Origin: an uncultured Armatimonadetes bacterium
Lineage (GTDB): Bacteria; Armatimonadota; UBA5829; DTJY01
NCBI GenBank assembly: GCA_963717145.1
Contig: OY970325.1
Span: 2,336,001-2,400,000 of the forward strand
Reading direction: 5' to 3'
DNA: 64,000 nt
Positions within the stretch are counted from its first letter, which is position 1. The number at the start of each line of letters is the position of its first letter. Below are positions 59,881-64,000 of the stretch, piece by piece. The position numbers and the translations under genes were made by a program. The notes under the pieces are model-generated. The model did no database searches. It was not told the DNA's origin and saw only the letters and a program-made list of their open reading frames with translations.

Positions 59881-62800
59881 ATGCGCAGAGTCGCGCTCAC
59901 CACACTGATCCTCATCCTGGCATGCGGCATGGCGACAGGACACACATTCTTCGGCGGCTATGACGCAGGGTCACAGGCAGTCCACGTGGCGAAGGGCCCG
60001 GCGCTGACGGGCGACCTGAGCGATCCTCTGTGGCACAAGGGCGGCCTCTGCAGGATCACGTACAAGTATGACGGCTCCGGCAACGCCAAGGAGCAGACCG
60101 AGGCCCGATTTCTGTTTGACTCCGAGAACCTCTACATCGGCGCCAAGTGCGATGAGCCCCTCCTCTCGGCGCTGAACCCGCAGATCAAGGACCGTGACGG
60201 CCTGGTCTGGACGGACGACAGCATCGAGATCCTGTTCGACACTGCAGACGCCCACCATGCATGCTACCACTTCATCGTGAACTCGATCGGCACTCTGTAT
60301 GACGAGAAGTGCCTCGCCGATGAGCGGACCGACCGCGCGTGGAACAGCAATGCCAGGGTGAAGGCCGGACGCGTCGACGGCGCATGGGTCGTCGAGATGG
60401 CAATCCCGTTCAAGGACCTCGGCATCACCCCCACCCCGGGACTCATCTGGGGAGTCAACGTCTGCCGGTCGAGATTCGTCGGCGAGAAGGAGCTGACCTC
60501 ATGGTCGTGGACTCCAGATGGCTTCGTCCAGCCGAAGAACTTTGAGCATCTGTTCTTCGTAGATGCGAACAATCAGACCACCTCGGGATTCATGCTGATG
60601 TCCTGGGGCAATCTGGACGCCGATGGATCATTCGGCGGCGATAACATCCTCAGGTGTAAGGCATGGACGCCGGGCGACCCGGTGGACCTCAACATCGCAT
60701 TCAGCTCGATGGTCGACGGCAAGATCAACGTCAACGAACGGCGGAAGATCAACGTGACGAGCCAGGCATCGACAGACGTGGATATTCCTTACTCGCCCTC
60801 GGATTCGCCGAACGAGACCTTCGATGTCAAGGTCACCTCGGGGACGGAGATCGTCTTCCATGCGACCCATCCCTCGACGGCCATGCCTCCGAAGCCCAGG
60901 GTCTGGCAGATCACTGATCCTCTGTTCACCGAATTGCTCTCGAAGAACCCTCCCGGCCTGCAGAAGGACGGATCGATCTACTGGTTCCACAGCGGAAATG
61001 CGTCCGAACTGCGCCCGTTCGCGAAGGAATACGGCCTCCGGTACTCGCTCGACGAGGCGTTCAAGGAACTCGCGGACAACAAGCTGATGCCGATCGTAAT
61101 GACCGCCCAACTGGCGAACCCCGAATGGACGCAGATGGCCGACAAGTATGGCGTGAAGGTGCTCCTCGAGCCGGATTACCGGCCTTCGTCCGCGAAGGGC
61201 GTGCCGGCGGTCGACGGACTGCCGTACATCCTCGATCCCCGGAGCAGAGAGGTCTACCTGGAGAACCTGGCGGACACGATCGCCATGTCCCGCCCGCGCA
61301 TCTGGGGCATCTATACCTACGATGAACTGAACGACTATGCGACTATGCAGGGAGTGCGGTTCTTCTCCGAACAGAAGGATTCCTACCCGTTCATACTGGA
61401 GGCGGATGCGGAAGTCAAGGAGACCTTTGGCTACGGGAAGTACGGATTCCCGGAATCGCCGACGGACGAGAACCCGTTCCGCTGGATCGCATATCACAAG
61501 TGGGTGAACAGCAAGCTCCTCGACTGGCAGAAGGTGGTCTACGAGACCGTCCGGAAGCTCGCGCCGGAGATCAAGGTCATCTCGATGGACCCGGTCGCGG
61601 GCCACAAGCCGTATGACCTCGACCGCATCGGCCCATACGTGGACATCGTGACCCATCAGCTTTATCCGTCCTCCAACCCGAACCGCCAGGAGTTCGGATT
61701 CGTGACCAAATTCGTCGCCGACCTGACCGGGAAGCCCGTGTGGCCCTGCGCGCACGTCGAGAACTACGCCTACGCGACGACCGCCGAGGAGACCCGCGAG
61801 CTGATGAGCCAGGTGATGCGGAACGGCGGCAAGGGATTCCACCTCTACATCCCGGACGTTCGCGGCGGAAGCGTCACATCAGGCGACACCAAGCTGACGA
61901 AGTACGGCAGCCCGGAGCGCTACCGGGCGATCACCGAGATACTGAAGACCACTCGAAGCATGAACGAGGTCGCGATGCCGACCGCCGACTGCGCGATCAT
62001 GTACTCCGAGGACCACTACCAGTCGTTCCCGGGCAAGCACTACGTCTTCCCGAATGAGCCGGAGTTCGCTTACACACTGCTCGGGCCGGTCGCGGGGACG
62101 TGGTTCGACTTCATCAGCGACAACATGGTGGCCGATGGGAAGGACCTCTCGAAGTACAAGGCGATCTTCGTCCCGGCGGCGAAATACGAGCGCCGGTCGG
62201 TCGTCGAGAAGCTGCTGAAGTACCTGGAGAACGGGGGGCAACTCATCCTGGGCAGCCCGGACTGCTTCACCTATGCGCCTGATGGATCGAGCCTCGAGGA
62301 TCTGAGACAGGAGTTGAGTCCCAGGAAGAACATGATTATCTTTCAAGCGAACCCATTCACCGAGGCGAACGTCGGCGACGAGAAGGTGAAGTCCGAGTTC
62401 AAGGAGCTAGTGAAGGGCTTTGGGGTCAAGACCGACCGGGATATCTGGCGATTCAAGTTCCCAGAGTTCAAGACCGTCTACCAGCCCGACCCAGGCGGCA
62501 AGTGCCTCACGGGCAACTTCATCAAGTGGCAGCAGGAGCGCCCACTGGACGTCCTGAATATCTCCACCAGCTCCTATACGTATTCGGTGGGCCCGGTTGC
62601 GGTCGCGGACCAGGGCGGCGATGCATTGACCGACCGGAAGCTCGCGCCGACTGTGAAGAAGACAGACTTGAGGCCGGAGGACTTCGTCGCCTCGTGGAAA
62701 ACCGAGCAGCCGACGAGCGTGACGTTCGATTTCAAGAAGCCCTACCCCATCAGCAGGGTGCACCTCTGGTATTCGGACCAGCTCCCGGCGCTGACCATCG

Positions 62801-62985
62801 AGGGGAGCATGGACGGCAAGACGTGGACGACTCTCGCGGACAATCCGAAGCAGTCGCCGACGCAGGACGTGCTCGACGTGGAACTGCCCTGCAAGGGCAC
62901 CTACCGCTATGTGCGGTTCTCCTTCGGCCCACGTGATCCGGGGCAGATGATGACCCTCGTCGAGTGTGAGGTGTGGGCAAAGTGA
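59881..62985 (+). CDS. Secreted modular protein: CBM9-like, GH-like barrel, F5/8-type-C-like domains
   Basis: LTGDLSDPLW, FDSENLYIG, WTDDSIEI, WVVEMAIPF; C-terminal GSMDGKTW and YRYVR. Confidence 0.65.
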   Translation: MRRVALTTLILILACGMATGHTFFGGYDAGSQAVHVAKGPALTGDLSDPLWHKGGLCRITYKYDGSGNAKEQTEARFLFDSENLYIGAKCDEPLLSALNPQIKDRDGLVWTDDSIEILFDTADAHHACYHFIVNSIGTLYDEKCLADERTDRAWNSNARVKAGRVDGAWVVEMAIPFKDLGITPTPGLIWGVNVCRSRFVGEKELTSWSWTPDGFVQPKNFEHLFFVDANNQTTSGFMLMSWGNLDADGSFGGDNILRCKAWTPGDPVDLNIAFSSMVDGKINVNERRKINVTSQASTDVDIPYSPSDSPNETFDVKVTSGTEIVFHATHPSTAMPPKPRVWQITDPLFTELLSKNPPGLQKDGSIYWFHSGNASELRPFAKEYGLRYSLDEAFKELADNKLMPIVMTAQLANPEWTQMADKYGVKVLLEPDYRPSSAKGVPAVDGLPYILDPRSREVYLENLADTIAMSRPRIWGIYTYDELNDYATMQGVRFFSEQKDSYPFILEADAEVKETFGYGKYGFPESPTDENPFRWIAYHKWVNSKLLDWQKVVYETVRKLAPEIKVISMDPVAGHKPYDLDRIGPYVDIVTHQLYPSSNPNRQEFGFVTKFVADLTGKPVWPCAHVENYAYATTAEETRELMSQVMRNGGKGFHLYIPDVRGGSVTSGDTKLTKYGSPERYRAITEILKTTRSMNEVAMPTADCAIMYSEDHYQSFPGKHYVFPNEPEFAYTLLGPVAGTWFDFISDNMVADGKDLSKYKAIFVPAAKYERRSVVEKLLKYLENGGQLILGSPDCFTYAPDGSSLEDLRQELSPRKNMIIFQANPFTEANVGDEKVKSEFKELVKGFGVKTDRDIWRFKFPEFKTVYQPDPGGKCLTGNFIKWQQERPLDVLNISTSSYTYSVGPVAVADQGGDALTDRKLAPTVKKTDLRPEDFVASWKTEQPTSVTFDFKKPYPISRVHLWYSDQLPALTIEGSMDGKTWTTLADNPKQSPTQDVLDVELPCKGTYRYVRFSFGPRDPGQMMTLVECEVWAK

Positions 62986-62995
62986 GCTTAAGTCG

Positions 62996-63077
62996 ACCGA
63001 CAACGAATATCAAACGAATGAACGTATACCATCAGCGACGGGTTCATTCGTTTATTCGTTTGATATTCGTTGTCGGT
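62996..63077. repeat. Inverted repeat built from AACGAAT units, overlapping the next gene start
   Basis: ACCGACAACGAATATCAAACGAAT ... ATTCGTTTGATATTCGTTGTCGGT. Confidence 0.8.
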
Positions 63078-64000
63078 GCTCTGGCGGTCTGCCTCCTCCT
63101 GGCCGGATGCTCGACCCATAGGAAGCCCGCGGAGACCCGCATCAAGTGGTGGGTCTTCCCGATGTGGAACGGCATCACCGGCACGGAAAAGAACGCCACC
63201 GCCGAGGACTGGCCGCGCCTTAAGATCAAGGAGTTCGAGAAGACGCACCCCGGCGTGAAGATCGACCTCGAAGTGCTCACCTGGCAGGGAGGCAGCCAGA
63301 AGCTCGACCTCTCCGTCCTGTCGGAGACCTATCCCGACATCTGCTACCTCGCCGCCGTCAACCTGCGCAAATACGCCGACCAGGGCGTCCTCGAGCCGAT
63401 CGATCCGTACCTGACCGACGCCGACCGCGCGGATGTCTACCCCAACGTCATGGACCTCTGCCGCTATCAGGACAACACCTACCTCTGGCCGTGGCTCTGC
63501 AACGCGCTCGTCATGGCGATCAACGTCGACATCTTCAAGGAGCGACACGTCGAGCATCTCATCCCCAAGCCGCCTGAGCGCTCGTGGACCTACGACCAGT
63601 TCATCGAGGCCGCGAAGGCATGCACCTTCGACCGGAACGGCGACGGCAAGACCGACGTCTACGGCTATGCGCTGTACGGCATCCCGCTGAGCGTCGAGTA
63701 CCAGATGCTCACCCTCGTACAGGGCTTCGGCGGGCAACTCTACAGCGCGGACGGGACGCAGTTCACGCTCAATTCTCCGGAGGGCGTCCAGGGGATGCAG
63801 TTCCTCGTCGATCTGCTCGATAAGCACAAGGTCGTGCCGCCCGGACCGGCGGGGACTCAATCCGGGCAGGTCGGCCAGATGTTCATGAACCAGGAGACCG
63901 CCACGATTTCGTCCGTCTCGGGTGTCATCAAGTCGATCAAGAACTCGGCGGCGCGCGGGGAGTTCCCGCTCTTCAATGCGATCCTCGTGCAGCCGCCTCA
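63018..64000 (+). CDS. Sugar ABC transporter substrate-binding lipoprotein (runs off window edge; not in ORF track)
   Basis: Manual translation: lipobox LLAGC, KEFEKTHPGVKIDLEVLTW, YPDI, GVLEPIDPYL, WTYDQF. Confidence 0.85.
   Translation, partial: MNVYHQRRVHSFIRLIFVVGALAVCLLLAGCSTHRKPAETRIKWWVFPMWNGITGTEKNATAEDWPRLKIKEFEKTHPGVKIDLEVLTWQGGSQKLDLSVLSETYPDICYLAAVNLRKYADQGVLEPIDPYLTDADRADVYPNVMDLCRYQDNTYLWPWLCNALVMAINVDIFKERHVEHLIPKPPERSWTYDQFIEAAKACTFDRNGDGKTDVYGYALYGIPLSVEYQMLTLVQGFGGQLYSADGTQFTLNSPEGVQGMQFLVDLLDKHKVVPPGPAGTQSGQVGQMFMNQETATISSVSGVIKSIKNSAARGEFPLFNAILVQPP

Overview
GC-rich bacterial chromosomal window. The lineage is inferred to be Armatimonadota-like from PEP-CTERM proteins, a DUF1559-type prepilin, paired UROD-family genes, a TonB system and a shared C-terminal domain; no rRNA or tRNA was seen. 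Core genes: glmU-pth, rpoZ-dnaJ-prmA, thiE, catalase, and a cobalamin-riboswitch-controlled B12 uptake/salvage operon (PduO-type adenosyltransferase, btuB, cobU, cobT, cobS, exbB, exbD, tonB). There are also many carbohydrate-utilisation and secreted proteins. Accessory content: (1) a complete IS1182-family element in a duplicated CTAG; (2) a Vsr/C5-methyltransferase fusion plus a DUF4928-like gene; (3) a translationally coupled three-gene operon (MORC/GHKL ATPase, putative Rossmann methyltransferase, radical SAM enzyme with a B12-binding-like N-terminus), the best candidate for an undescribed DNA-modification/defence system; (4) a 5.6-kb surface-protein cassette bracketed by a synonymously recoded duplicate of a gene 3' end; (5) a two-copy MITE; (6) several REP-like palindrome families, two of which appear to supply signal-peptide coding sequence. 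Six single-base frameshifts in five genes, mostly at short homopolymers, are probably sequencing errors. All protein calls come from motif recognition by eye, without database searches.
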